A stretch of DNA of 64,000 nt, from assembly GCA_030390025.1 (NCBI GenBank), contig CM059425.1, positions 165,170,001-165,234,000 on the forward strand. The letters are read 5' to 3'. Positions 24,693 to 37,369 of this stretch are shown here, piece after piece. The position numbers and the translations under genes were made by a program. Position 1 is the first letter of the stretch. Each line of letters opens with the position of its first letter. This stretch comes from Squalus acanthias. Taxonomy: Eukaryota. The notes beneath the pieces were generated by a model. It was not told where the DNA came from and searched no databases. It worked only from the letters and a program-made list of their open reading frames with translations.

Positions 24693-26468
24693 CTACATTT
24701 TGCCCTTCGAGGGTGATCTCCTTCCCTTGCGCACTTCCCCCCTTCTAACCCTACTGCTCCTCCGTAATGGGACCTCAGTGGCTGCAGCAAGGCTGGTGGA
24801 AGGCTGCTGCTCGTCAGACCCTGAGGGCCCGGCTGCAGACTGCACCAACTCTGCATGGGCGGCAGCAGTCTGTCCTACAGGCGGTGGCAAGTGCAGTGGA
24901 GAAGTGACAGTGTTGGCAGCAGGAATGCTGTCATCGTGAGAGAGGACAGCAACTCCCTGCTCGCCCGACACACTGGCACTCCCACGGGGCAGCACTTCAG
25001 CATCCGGAGCAATTTGCCGGAGAACAGATTGCTGGCCTGCTGCGGCGCGGTGACAGCCCCGGGGACATGTGCACGAACCATCGAGGATGGCAGCAGTCAG
25101 TGCTCGCGTGGCCTCAATCTGAGTCTGCATGAGAGCAGTCTCAGATGGGTTCCTGGCAGCCAGTGACTGAATTGCAGCACTAAGCTTTAGTGTGGCATCC
25201 GCCTGTGCTACAGCGAAGTGCTCCACACTCCTTGCCAGTGCCTCAATGCATTCGGGCACCCTTCCCACTGCACCCATGAGCTCAGTGTGCATGCCCACCG
25301 CCTGGCTGTTCATTTCTGCAATCAGCCGCTCCTCCTCTGCGTCCATTGCAGTAGGAGTGTCTGGCATACTCTCCCTCTGGGGAGAAGGCTCCCGTTCTTC
25401 CCTCCCCCCCCCCATGGCGTTGCTGCAGCCCGCTGGGTCCTGGAGCTTCACCATCATCAGCCCCTTCCCCCCTGCTCCCCTCCGGGGAAGGCGTGTTCCC
25501 AGTGTGGCCATGGGCTTCCTCGGGAGAGGGTGGCACTGATGCTCCGGCTTCCTCTTCCTCCTCAGCTGCAGCTTCACTCCCAGTGGCAGCTTCAGGGCCC
25601 GTCTCCTCAGCTGGTGAATCACCATCTGAAAGCAGGGAGGTACAAGAGTGGCTTTAGCGTGAGGACAGGGTGGCAGTAAGGGAGGAATAAGTGCAGCGAG
25701 TTAGCAAGTTGGATTGAAAGTGTCAAAGGCTGGTATTGTGAGGGACAAGTGGAAGGACAGAGGACAAAAAGATGATGACCTTACCATTGCTGTCCACAAC
25801 GGGGTCGGCGTCCCCAGTGGCGACGGGACCGATCACCCGGCTTGCCACAATCCTGTGGACGCGCTCCTCCAGATCGCTGAGGGGTTGCAGCTGAAGCCGC
25901 CCTGCACCCGTCCGTTGCTGCTGTCTCCGATTATGAGCCAGCTTAGCCTGCAAGAAAAAGGACAGCATCTGAGTAAATATACAGCCATGGTCTTGCCTGA
26001 TGTGCCTCCCATAGGTGAATAGCCCTTACAATATGCAGCCATGGTCTTGCCTGATGTGCCTCCCATAGGTGAATAGCCCTTACTGTATGCAAAGTGTGGA
26101 ATGTGTGTGTGTGTTTGATGAAAGGGCCATAGGTGTTGGATGAGTGTTGTGCATTGGGGTTTTAAGACCCTCTGGCCATAGAGTGAGGTTGAGATGGAGG
26201 GATGGAGAGGTATTGAGAAAAAGCCACTCACCCTGACGACCCGAGTGAGGTCGTTGAATTTTTTGCGGCACTGAACATGGGTCCTGGGCACCATGCTCCT
26301 GGAGGAGACGCTCTGAGCCACCTCCCTCCACACTCTTCTGAACTCGCGTGGCAAAGGCCTCCTGCCACTATCCGGGAACAGCATGCATCGTCTGCGCTCC
26401 ACTGCGTCAACCAGAGCATCCAAGGCCCGCTCGGTGAAGCGATGAGCGCGTTCTCTCACCCTCTCCAT
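24693..26468 (-). CDS. Myb/SANT-like (trihelix) DNA-binding partner gene, 3 exons: 26468-26232, 25947-25785, 25625-24693; 1-nt frameshift in G10 at 25404-25413
   Basis: Canonical GT-AG sites (GTGAGT, TTGCAG, GTAAGG, TTTCAG). Exon 1 encodes FTERALDALV...WREVAQSVS...QCRKKFNDL. Removing one G gives 443 aa. Confidence 0.88.
25976..26083. repeat. Tandem duplication 2 x 54 bp in Myb intron 1
   Basis: Units 25976-26029 and 26030-26083 differ by one base. Confidence 0.9.
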
Positions 26469-27302
26469 GCTTGGCAGCAAAATGGATTACAGGTCTCTCC
26501 AGGCTGAGATTCAAGGCTGCAATGAGCAGGGTGTGGCTGGGGAGCAAGTGGCCCCCCCCGCTTTAAGAAGTGTCCGGCGCCAGTGTGTCTGTGTTCCCTC
26601 GCTAACTGGCAGCAGCTGCGCTGCGCTCGCGCGCTGAGGTAGCGCCTCACTCCTAGGCCTTTGCGCCTTAAGAGAGGTGTGCAGCGCCTGCTTTAGCGCT
26701 CCACTCACCTCCCGGGGCGGTAAAAGTGAAGTTTCCTGTCAGTGCCGATAATTAGCGCCAGGCGCTAATATTTGCGCTCGGACGATATTTGCGCCCCAAA
26801 TGGGGCGCGACCTTATTTCTACCCCTTAGTATTTTAAAGACCTGTTTCTCAACCTTATTTTAAATGAAAACAAATTCAGCTGTTAGTCTCTCCTGTTTCA
26901 GTGTTAATGCAGGTGAATCCCTTTTTTATTGCAGCGATTCATGTAAGTCAAAAGATAATCAAAACAAGGGAAAATATAAGAATGAGACAGTTATGATTCT
27001 TGACAAGTATGACACTGTAATCTACCAACAAAAGCTAGGCATATTATTGAATGGCTTCTACTGTTTAATTTTAATTGGGGTGAGTTGCCCTTTAAAATTT
27101 AAGGGTGAAATATTAGTTTGAGGTTTCAGTGTAGTGAAATTAAAAAGAAAATGAATTACAACAAAGAATTTAAGCCACTCTCGTGTACAGAATATTTTAC
27201 CAGAACCTTTAATTCACAATAGCCACTAATTTAAAACCATAAACAGTAAAACATGTCTTTAATTAGCAGAAGTCATAAGAGTGGTTGATTTTTCATGAAA
27301 AG

Positions 27303-30205
27303 AAAAAGACTTGCATGTATATAACGCCTTTCATGACCAATGAAGTACTTTTGAAGTGGAGTCACTGTTGTAATGTAGGAAACGCGGCATCCAATTTGCG
27401 CACAGCAAGGTCCCCCAAACAGCAATGTGATAATGACCAGATAATCTGTTTTTGTTATGTTGGTTGAGGGATAAATATTGTCCAGGTCACCGGGGATAAC
27501 TCTCCTGCTCTTCTTCGAAATAGTTATTTTTTATTCGTTTATGGGATGTGGGCGTCGCTGGCAAGGCCAGCATTTATTGCCCATCCCTAGTAGCCCTTGA
27601 GAAGGTGGTGGTGAGCTGCCTTCTTGAACCGCTGCAGTCCGTGTGGTGAAGGTACTCCCACAGTGCTGTTAGTTAGGGAGTTCCAGATTTTGACCCAGCG
27701 ACGATGAAGGATCGGCGATATACCTCTGAGTCAGGATGGTGTGTGACTTGGAGGGGAACTTGGAGGTGGTGGTGTTCCCATGCGCCTGCTGCCCTTGTCC
27801 TTCTAGGTGGAAGAGGTCGCGGGTTTGGGAGGTGCTGCCGAAGAAGCCTTGGCGAGTTGCTGCAGTGCATCTTGTAGATGGTACACACTGCAGCCATGGT
27901 ACGCCGGTGGTGGAGGGAGTGAATGTTTAAGGTGGTGGATGGGGTGCCAATCAAACGGGCTGCTTTGTCCTGGATGGTGTCAAGCTTCTTGAGTGTTGTT
28001 GCAGCTGCACTCATCCAGGCAAGTGGAGCGTATTCCATCACACTCCTTACTTGTGCCTTGTAGATGGTGGAAAGGTTTTGGGGAGTCAGGAGGTGAGACA
28101 CTCGCCACAGAATACCTAGCCTCTGACCTGCTCTTGTTGCCACAGTATTTTTGTGGCTGGTCCAGTTAAGTTTCTGGTCAATGGTGACCCCGAGGATGTT
28201 GATGGTGTGGGATTCGGCAATGGTAATGCCGTTGAATGTCAAGGGGCGGTGGTTAGACTCTCGCTTGTTGGAGATAATCATTGCCTGGCACTTCTGTGGC
28301 GCGAATGTTACCTGCCACTTATCAGCCCAAGCCTGAACGTCGTCCAGGTCTTGTTGCATGCGAGCATGGACTGCTTCATTATCTGAGGAGTTGCGAATGG
28401 CGCTGAACACTGTGCAGTCATCAGCGAACATCCCCATTTCTGACCTTATGTTGGAGGGAAGGTCATTGATGAAGCAGCTGAAGATGGTTGGGCCTAGGAC
28501 ACTGCCCTGAGGAACTCCTGCAGCGATGTCCTGGGGCTGTGATGATTGACCTTCAATCACTACAACCATCTTCCTTTGTGCTAGGTATGACTCCAGCCAG
28601 TGGAGCGTTTTCGCCCTGATTCCCATTGACTTCAGTTTTACTAGGGCTCCTTGATGCCAAATCGGTCAAATGCTGCCTTGATGTCAAGGGCAGTCACTCT
28701 CACCTCACCTCACCAATTCAGCTCCTTTGTCCATGTTTGGACCAAGGCTGTAATGAGGTCGGGAGCTGAGTGGTCTTGGCGGAACCCAAACTGGGCATCA
28801 GTGAGCAGGTTATTGGTGAGTAAGTGCCGCTTGATAGCGCTGTCGATGACACCTTCCATCACTTTGCTGATGATTGAGAGTAGACTGATAGGGCGGTAAT
28901 TGGCCGGGTGGATTTGTCTTGCTTTTTGTGGACAGGACATACCTGGGTAGTTTTCCACATTGTCGGATAGATGTCAGTTTTGTAGCTGTACTGAACAGCT
29001 TGGCTAGAGGCGCGGCTAGTTCTGGAGCACAAGTCTTCATCACGATAGCCGGGATGTTGTCGGGGCCCATAGCCTTTGCTGTATCCAGTGCGCTCAGCCG
29101 TTTCTTGATATCACGTGGAGTGAATCGAGTTGGCTGAAGACTGACTTCTGTGATGGTGGGGACCTCGGGAGTAGGCCGATATGGACCATCCAATCGGCAC
29201 TTCTGGCTGAAGATGGTTGCAAACGCTTCAGCCTTGTCTTTTGCACTCACGTGCTGGGCTCCACCATCATTGAGGATGGGGATATTCATGGAGCCTCCTC
29301 CTCCCGTTAGTTGTTTAATGGTCCACCACCATTCACGACTGGATGTGGCAGGACTGCAGAGCTTTGATCTGATCCTGTCTATAGCATGCTGCTTCCACTT
29401 TTTAACATGCATGTAGTCCTGTGTTGCAGCTTTTCCAGGTTGGCACCTCATTTTTAGGTATGCCTGGTGCTGCTCCTGGCCTGCTCTTCTGTACTCCTTA
29501 TTGAACCAGGGTTGGTCCCCTGGCTTGGTGGTGATGGTAGAGTGAGGGATATGCCGGGCCATGAGTTTACAGATTGTGGTGGAATAGAATTCTGCTGCTG
29601 CTGATGGCCCACAGTGCCTCATGAATACCCAGTTTTGAGCTGCTAGATCTGTTCTGAATCTATCCCATTTAGCACGATGGTAGTGCCACACAACACGATG
29701 GAGGGTGTCCTCAGTGTGAAGATGGGACTTCGTCTCTACAATGACTGTGCAGTGGTCACTGCTACCAATACTGGACAGATGCATCTGCGACAGTTAGATT
29801 GGTGAGGACGAGGTCAAGTAGGTTTTTCCCTCGTGTTGGTTCTCTCACCAGCTGTTGCAGGCCCAGACTGGCAGTTATGTCCTTCAGGACTCAGCCAGCT
29901 CAGTCAGTAGTGGTGCTACTGAGCCACTCATGGTGATGGACATTGAAGTCCCCCACCCAGAGTACATTCTATGCCCTTGCTACTCTCAGTAGTGTCATGG
30001 GATCTTTTATGTCCACCTAAGAGAGCAGACAGGGCCTCGGTTTAATGCCTCATCCGAAAGACGGCAACTCCAACATTGCGGCACTCCCTCAGCACTGTAC
30101 TGGAGTGTCAGCCTATCTTTATGTGTTCAAGTCCCTGGAGTGAGACTTGAACCCACAACCTTCTGATTCAGTCGAGTGTGCTACCAACCGAGCCACAGTT
30201 AACAC
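27303..30205 (-). mobile_element. Deu-domain tRNA-SINE (SacSINE1-like) split by a LINE insertion
   Basis: Halves 27303-27524 and 29990-30205 join at TAGT into the same sequence seen at 40604-40970 and 47966-48270. tRNA-like head (CTTGAACCC box B) near 30145. Confidence 0.75.
27525..29989 (-). mobile_element. LINE family X, 5'-truncated (APE end + RT), frameshifted
   Basis: VGDFNVHH, EPTRGKNLLDLVL, SSDH, KAMGPDNIP, QFGFR, GVPQGSVLGP and FADD; short TSD TAGT. Confidence 0.92.
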
Positions 30206-30244
30206 ATGGTTTATCATCAGCCCAGTAGGATATTCTGACACTCT

Positions 30245-30505
30245 ACAACAACTTGCATTTTTATAGCGCCTTTAACGTAGTAAAACATCCCAAGGCACTT
30301 CACAGGAGTATTAAAAGACAAAAAATTTGACACCAAACCACATAAGGAGAAATTAGGGCAGGTGACCTAAAGCTTGGTCAAAGAGGTAGGTTTTAAGGAG
30401 CATCTTAAAGGAGTAAAGAAAGGTAGCGAGGCAGAGAGGTTTAGGCAGGGAATTCCAGAGCTTAGGGCCTAGGCAACAGAAGGCACGACCACCAATGGTT
30501 GAGCG
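30245..30505 (-). repeat. L2-type LINE 3' fragment
   Basis: Similar to 11125-11450. Confidence 0.55.
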
Positions 30506-30804
30506 ACAAAAGTAGGAGCTGTATTGAATTTTTCAAGTACTCAATTAAAGAGTGGTGTGCAAACAATGAATTGAATGCACACCTTGTTAAATTTGCTGAG
30601 CTGTGACTCATTGGTTTAGTCAATATCACAGCATTCTTTGTGATGATGATAAATTTCCTCCTGGATTTGAAGGTACATATGATTAGACCATATTGATGGC
30701 TTGCATTAAGCAGGGCTCAACAGAATTTAAGCTGATAGAACAACTGTATCAGTATACTTTCATTGAATAGCATTACCTATTAAAATGTAAACCATATGAT
30801 TATA

Positions 30805-31130
30805 TTTATGGGAATGGAAGACTAGTATGTTTAATCAGCTGGATAAATCTCGGGAGATATTACTCAACTATTCAAGATCCTTAAGGGAATAAATAGAGTA
30901 TGTTAGAGATTGTCATGAACTCTTGAACTGGGCTTCAGCTTAGAGGAGGGAAGGTGCACCGTCAGTATAGATTTAACTACTTTACACAGTTGAACAAACT
31001 GGCCAGATAGACAGTGGATACAGATAGTGTGGAAAAATTTAAAGGAGAATTGGACAGATATTTGAGGGAGTGGCTGATTGAAAACTATTCACTTTTGGGA
31101 CCAGCCAGATAGACTGCATAGTTTTTCCCA
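30805..31130 (+). repeat. Ancient degenerate CR1 3' fragment
   Basis: GDITQLFKILKG- and FKGELDRYL-like remnants. Confidence 0.5.
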
Positions 31131-31544
31131 TTACTATGCTTTCCTACATTCCTATAAAGAAATACTCAAGGTTCTTGGATTTTATTTTAAAAACCCTTGA
31201 ATTTTATACTGCATTTACCAGCAATCTGTTGTGTTCTTTCCATCAATGTAGCACCCAGTAAAATCTAATATCTACTACCTGTTTAAAATGCAAAAGTGAA
31301 AAGGGCAGATCTTCCATTCCTCTGATAACAAAACTTGTACTTTGCTATTTTTTAATTGGGGAAATTGTTCTTGCACACCATTGTATAATTTTGTATATGT
31401 TTAGCTACTTCATGGTTCCCGCACATTTTCTTTACTAACGTTATTTGTGTTTAGAGGCTTCGTTCCCTTTCAGTAAACTGTGACTGGTGGTACACATTCA
31501 TACAGGCCTCACAAATAGTTAATATTATTTTTCTTCCATTACAG

Positions 31545-31596
31545 ATGCTTTAACACCATCAGACAATTTTCTTTGTACATGGAAATCATTTATCAT
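31545..31596 (+). CDS. Weak candidate host micro-exon
   Basis: TTTTTCTTCCATTACAG acceptor and AT|GTAAGA donor; open in two frames (DALTPSDNFLCTWKSFI or CFNTIRQFSLYMEIIYH). Confidence 0.3.
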
Positions 31597-32548
31597 GTAA
31601 GATGAAAAGTTTCCCATTTGAATGTATTTCCTTGCTTCAAGAGTTGAAAATACCCATGGGACTAATTTACAATATAACAAAAAGATAAAGAAAATGTGGA
31701 TTTTTTTGTAGATATTTTTATACTGCAGTGCCTGATGCAGTTATCCAATATTTTGCATTCAGTTCAGATATACAGTCATTTAACCAGCATCAAAAGTGTA
31801 GCAAACAATTCTGCAGATTAGTGATAGTCTTGAGTGAGTTAAGTAGCCAAATAAAGTATTATGGCTAAATTCCTTTGACCATTTCTGTTGCTGTAAGTGT
31901 TGTGGGGCTGGACTTCTGCCTACCAATCTGCCCCAGCTATAACCCCATCCCAAATCCCGATAGAGTGACTTTTAGAGTTCCTTGGGCATCAGCCTCAAAG
32001 GGGCCAGGAATTTCTCAACAGCATCTTTCAGCCTGTCAAGGCGGACTGTTCCCTCTGAGGAACTGCAGGAATATTTTTTTTAATGCGGATTTTAAATTAT
32101 CCATCAAGAATCTGGCATTTTCTACACATTTTAGCCCAATTTCCACCAGGATCTTATCCTGGTACGCAGGCTGACTTTGCGGTGGGGGTACTGTAGGCAG
32201 ATCTAGTGGGATTTGTGATAGATGATGTAATTTTACCAGTCCGGCCTATTCTGATGATGTCTGTGCAAATGGGGACACCTGCCCTTAATTCTGGCAGACA
32301 TTCATAATATCCAAAGATGTCTCCTGCATCCTTTCCTGTACTATGTCCATCTCCCCTATCACTCCTTGTTCTTTCCAATCCTCAGTGGCTCCTCATCCTT
32401 CAAAAAGTCTTTGTCCTCATCTACAAGTCCCTCCATGGCATTATCCCTTCATAATCCGCAGCATCTTACTTGTCAGCATGCACTCATAATAGGTTGTTAT
32501 TGTAGTCTGTGGTTGATGCCTTCATATATAGTTCAATTGAAGCTGCTG

Positions 32549-32640
32549 CTCCTGAGGAAGGAGCAATCGAATAGCTCCGAAAGCTTGTGATTTCAAATAA
32601 AACTGTTGGACTATAACCTGGTGTTGTGCGACCTCTCAAG
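32549..32640 (+). ncRNA. Hammerhead-containing Penelope-type short element (family 2)
   Basis: CTGAGGA-A-GGAGC...GCTCC-GAAAGCTT-GTGA followed by the same tail as 54770-54819. Confidence 0.55.
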
Positions 32641-33332
32641 CTTATCATCTACCCATCTTTAGCACTTTGTAACTTCTGATGCTTTCTTTGTTTTACAATT
32701 CATTGGTTGTATTTGGGCTTATGTTCAATTATTGCCGTATACAATACAACAACTGGACAAACAAACTGCGTCTCTTCGAAAAGTATATAAAACTGTTTAG
32801 TAGGCCCTTTGGGATTCTGTAAAAATAAATCATAATTTATACACTAAAGTTATCTTTTTACAGCAGCAAAGATACAGTGACCAAACTGTAATTTTATAGC
32901 TCTGAAATTATGCTGTGGGATACTACTGTATAACTACTGTATTTAAAAAAAAAGTACTGGAGAAATTAATGGGACTGAAAGCCGATAAATCCCCTGGACC
33001 TGATGGCCTACATCCTAGGGTTTTATATGAGGTGGCTATAGAGACAGTGGATGCATTGGTTGTCATCTTCCAAAATTCTATAGATTCTAGAACGGTTCCT
33101 GCGGATTGGAAGGTAGTAAATGTAACCTCACTATTTAAGAAAGGAGGGAAAGAGAAACGGGGAACGACAGATCAGTTAGCCTGACATCCATCAGTAGTAG
33201 GAAAAATGCGAGAATCTATTATTAAGGAGGTGGTAACAGGGCACTTAGAAAATAATAATAGGATTGGGCAGCGTCAACACGGATTTACGAAAGGGAAATC
33301 ATGTTTGACAAATCTGTTAGAGTTTTTTGAGG

Positions 33333-35788
33333 TTTTTTCGTTTCTTTTAATTAATTTATGGGATGTGGGCGTTGCTGGCAAGGCCAGCATTTATTGCCCA
33401 TTCCTAATTGCCCTTGAGAAGGTGGTGGTGAGCTGCCTTCTTGAACCGCTGCAGTCTGTGTGGCGAAGGTACTCCTACAGTGCTGTTAGGTAGGAAGTTC
33501 CAGGATTTTGACCGAGCGACGATGAAGGATCGGCGATATACTTCTAAGTCAGGATGGTGTGTGACTTGGAGGGGAACTTGGAGGTGGTGGTGTTCCCATG
33601 TGCCTGCTGCCCTTGTCCTTCTAGGTGGATGAGGTCGCGGGTTTGGGAGGTGCTGCCGAAGAAGCCTTGGCGAGTTGCTGCAGTGCATCTTGTAGATGGT
33701 ACACACTGCAGCCACGGTATGCCGGTGGTGGAGGGAGTGAATGTAGAAACAGAGAAACATAGAAGATAGGAGCAGGAGTAGGCCATTCGGCCCCTCAAGC
33801 CTGTTCCGCCATTTAATGAGATCATGGCTGATCATCCAAATTCAGTACCCTGTCCCTGCTTTCTCCCCATATCCCTTGATCCCTTTAGCCTTAAGAAATA
33901 TATCTAACTCCTTCTTGAATACATTTAATGAATTGGCCTCAACTGCCTTCTGTGGTAGAGAATTCCACAGGTTCACCACTCACTGGGTGAAGAAATTCCT
34001 CCTCATCTCAGTCCTAAATGGCTTACCCCTTATCCTTAGACTGTGACCCCTGGTTCTGGACTCCCCCGCCATCGGGAACATCCTTCCTGCATCTAGTCTG
34101 TCTAGTCCTGTTAGAATTTTATAAGTTTCAATGAGATCCCCTCTCATTCTTCTAAACTCTAGCGAATACAAGCCCAATTGACCCAAACTCTCTTCATACG
34201 TCATTCCTGCTTTCCCAGGTATCAGTCTGGTGAATCTTCGCTGCACTCCCTCCATGGCAAGAACATCCTTCCTCAGATAAGGCGACCAAAACTGCACACA
34301 ATACTCAAGGTGTGGTCTCACCAAGGCCCTGTACAACTGCAGCAAGACATCCTTGCTCCTGTACTCGAATCCTCTCGCTATGAAGGCCAACATACCATTT
34401 GCCTTCTTAACCACCTGCTGCTCCTGTATGCTTACCTTCAGTGACTGGTGCACAAGGACACCCAGGTCTCGTTGCACTTCCCCTTTTCTCAATCTATTGC
34501 CATTCAGATAATAATCTGCCTTCCTGTTTTTGCCACCAAAGTGGATAACCTCGCATTTATCCACATTATACTGCATCTGCCATGCATCTGCCCAATCACC
34601 CAACCTGTCCAAATCATACTGGAGTTTCTCTGCATCCTCCTTACAGTACACACGCCCACCCAGCTTTGTGTCATCTGCAAACTTGGAGATATTACATCTA
34701 GTTCCCTCATCTAGATCATTTATATATATTGTGAATAACTGGGGTCCTAGCACCGATCCCTGCGGTACCCCACTAGTCACTGCCTGCCACTCGGAAAAAG
34801 ACCCGTTTATTCCAACTCTTTGCTTCCTGTCTGCCAACCAGTTCTCTATCCAAGTCAGTACCTTACCCCCAATCCCATGTGCTTTAACTTTGCACGCTAA
34901 TCTCTTATGTGGGACCTTATCGAAAGCCTTCTGAAAGCCCAAATACACCACATCCACTGGTTCTCCCTTATCTATTCTACCAGTTACATCCTCAAAAAAT
35001 TCCAATAGATTAGTCAAGCATGATTTACCTTTTGTAAATCCATGTTGACTTTGTCCGATCCTGTCACTGTTTTCCAAGTGCTCTGCTATTACATCTTTTA
35101 TAATGGACTCTAGCATTTTCCCCACTACCGATGTCAGGCTTATAATTCCCCATTTTCTCTCTACCACTTTTTAAAAATAGTGGGGTTACATTAGCTACCC
35201 TCCAATCCATGGGAACAGTTCCAGAGTCTATAGAATTTTGGAAGATGACCAGCAATGCATCTACTATTTCGAGGGCCACTTCCTTAAGTACCCTAGGATG
35301 TAGATTATCAGGCCCTGGGGATTTATCGGCCTTCAATCCCGTCAATTTCCCTAACACCATTTCCCTACAAATACTGATTTCATTCAGTTCCTCCCTCTCA
35401 TTAGACCCTATGTTCCCCGACATCTCTGGGAGGTTATTTGTGTCTTCCTTTTTGAAGACAGAACCAAAGTATGTATTTAATTGGTCTGCCATTTCTTTGT
35501 TCCCCATTATAAATTCCCCTGATTCTGACTGCAAGGGACCTACACTTGACTTCACCAATCTTTTTCTTTTCACATATCTATGGAAGCTTTTACAGTCAGT
35601 TTTTATGTTCCCTGAAAGCTTACTCTCATACTCTATTTTTAAGGTGGTGGATGGGGTGCCAATCAAGCGGTCTGCTTTGTCCTGGATGGTGTCGAGCTTC
35701 TTGAGTATTGTTGGAGCTGCACTCATCCAGGCAAGTGGAGAGTATTCCATCACACTCCTTACCTGTGCCTTGTAGATGGTGGAAAAGT
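33333..35788 (-). mobile_element. LINE-X 3' fragment (33333-33743 + 35641-35788) split by CR1
   Basis: The halves are contiguous with the LINE-X sequence seen at 27530-28075. Confidence 0.85.
33744..35640 (-). mobile_element. CR1 LINE, 5'-truncated, near-intact RT segment (395-aa ORF 33980-35167)
   Basis: QHGFTKGKSC, GVPQGSVLGP, FADD; CR1 tail at 33744-33770. Confidence 0.92.
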
Positions 35789-37369
35789 TGTAACTTGCAG
35801 AATAGATAAGGGGAACCAATGGATGTGGTGTATTTGGATTATCAGAAGGCATTTGATAAGGTGCCACACAAGAGGTTATAAGCACAATTAAGGCTCCTTG
35901 GATTGGGGGTAATAAACTAGTATAGATTGAGGATTGGTTAATGAACAGAAAACAGAGAGTAGGGTCATTTTCGGGTTGGCAGGCTGTAACTAGTGGGGTA
36001 CCACAAGGATCAGTGCTTGGGCCTCAGCTATTCACAATCTATATCAATGATTTGGATGAGGGGACCAAATGTAATATATCCAACTTTGCTGATGATACAA
36101 AGCTAGGTGGGAATGTAAGTTGGGAAGAGGATGCAAAGAGGCCTCAAGGGGATATAGACTGGATAAGTGAATGGGCAAGAACATGGCAAATGGAATATAA
36201 TGTGGAGAAATGTGAAGTTATCCACTTTGGTAGGAAAAATAGAAAAGCAGAGTATTTTTTAAATGGTGAGAGATTGGGAAATGTTGGTGTTCAGAGGGAC
36301 CTGGGTGTCCTTGTACACAAATCACTGAAAGTTAACATGCAGGTATAACAAGCAATTAGGAAAGCAAATGGTATGTTGGCCTTTATTACAAGAGGATTTG
36401 AGTATAAGAGTAAAGACGTCTTACTGCAATTATATAGGGCCCTGGTGAGACCACAGTTGGAGTATTGTGTATAGTTTTGGTCTCCTTACCTAAGGAAGGC
36501 TATACTTGCCATAGAGGGAGTGCAACGAAGGATCACCAGACCGATTCCTGGGATGGGGGGATTGTCCTATGAGGAGAGATTGAGTAGACTAGGCCTATAT
36601 TCTCTCGAGTTTAGAAGAATGAGAGGTGATCTCATTGAAGCATACAAAATTCTTACAGGGCTTGACAGGGTAGATGCAGGGAGGATGTTTCTCCTTGCTG
36701 GGGAGTCTAGAACCAGGCATCACAGTCTCAAAATAAGGGGTCGGCCATTTAGGACTGAGATGAGGAGAAATTTCTTCACTCAAAGGGTTGGGAATCTTTG
36801 GAACTCACTACCTCAGAGAGCTGTGGAGGCTCTGTCGTTGAGTACATTCAAGACAGAGATCGATAGATTTTTGGATGTTAAGGGAATCAAGGGATATGGA
36901 GATAGTGCAGGAAAGTGGAGGTGAGGCAGAAGATCAGCCAAGATCTCACTGAATGGCAGAGCAGACTCGAGGGGCCAAATGGCCTACTGCTGCTCCTATT
37001 TCTTATGTTCTTATGACCCCATATTTTGCCAGAGGCGTTAACCTGTGTAAAAGGCAAATGCTTCCATTAAACCAGCAGAGAGGAATTTCAGATGAATGGT
37101 TTAAATGATTGTTTGCTCATTTTCCATGGCATCATTTCAGAGGAAATTAGTTGATAATGTCAAGCTATTTGACCAGGTTACAAATACAGAGACAACAAAC
37201 AGCATTTACAAAGATCTGGATCAATTAAGATAATGAGCAAAGAAATGACAGACGGATCTTAGTGTAAGCAACAGGAAACAACAAACATGCACAATGAGCC
37301 ATTCGCAGAAAGTTTCCGCTCAGTGTGAAACCATCATCATCTGTTTTAGGTTCATCAATTAATCAAATA

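Larger units (their letters stand above)
22725..26825 (+). mobile_element. Full-length PIF/Harbinger DNA transposon (4101 bp)
   Basis: TTA TSD (22722-24 and 26826-28), TIRs GGGGTAAAAAT / ATTTCTACCCC, and convergent transposase + Myb/SANT genes. Confidence 0.97.
32945..37014 (+). mobile_element. CR1 LINE (+) interrupted by nested LINE-X and CR1
   Basis: The RT reading ...LLEFFEV breaks at ~33333 and resumes VTCRIDKG at ~35789; it ends in a (TTCTTATG)n tail. Confidence 0.88.

Noticed and set aside
24693..25625. Stand-alone 310-aa novel protein
   Set aside because: The ATG coincides with a splice acceptor, the N-terminal part is out of frame, and the remainder is exon 3 of the Myb gene.
25976..26083. 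CRISPR-like repeat
   Set aside because: Two adjacent units with no spacer, in a eukaryotic intron.
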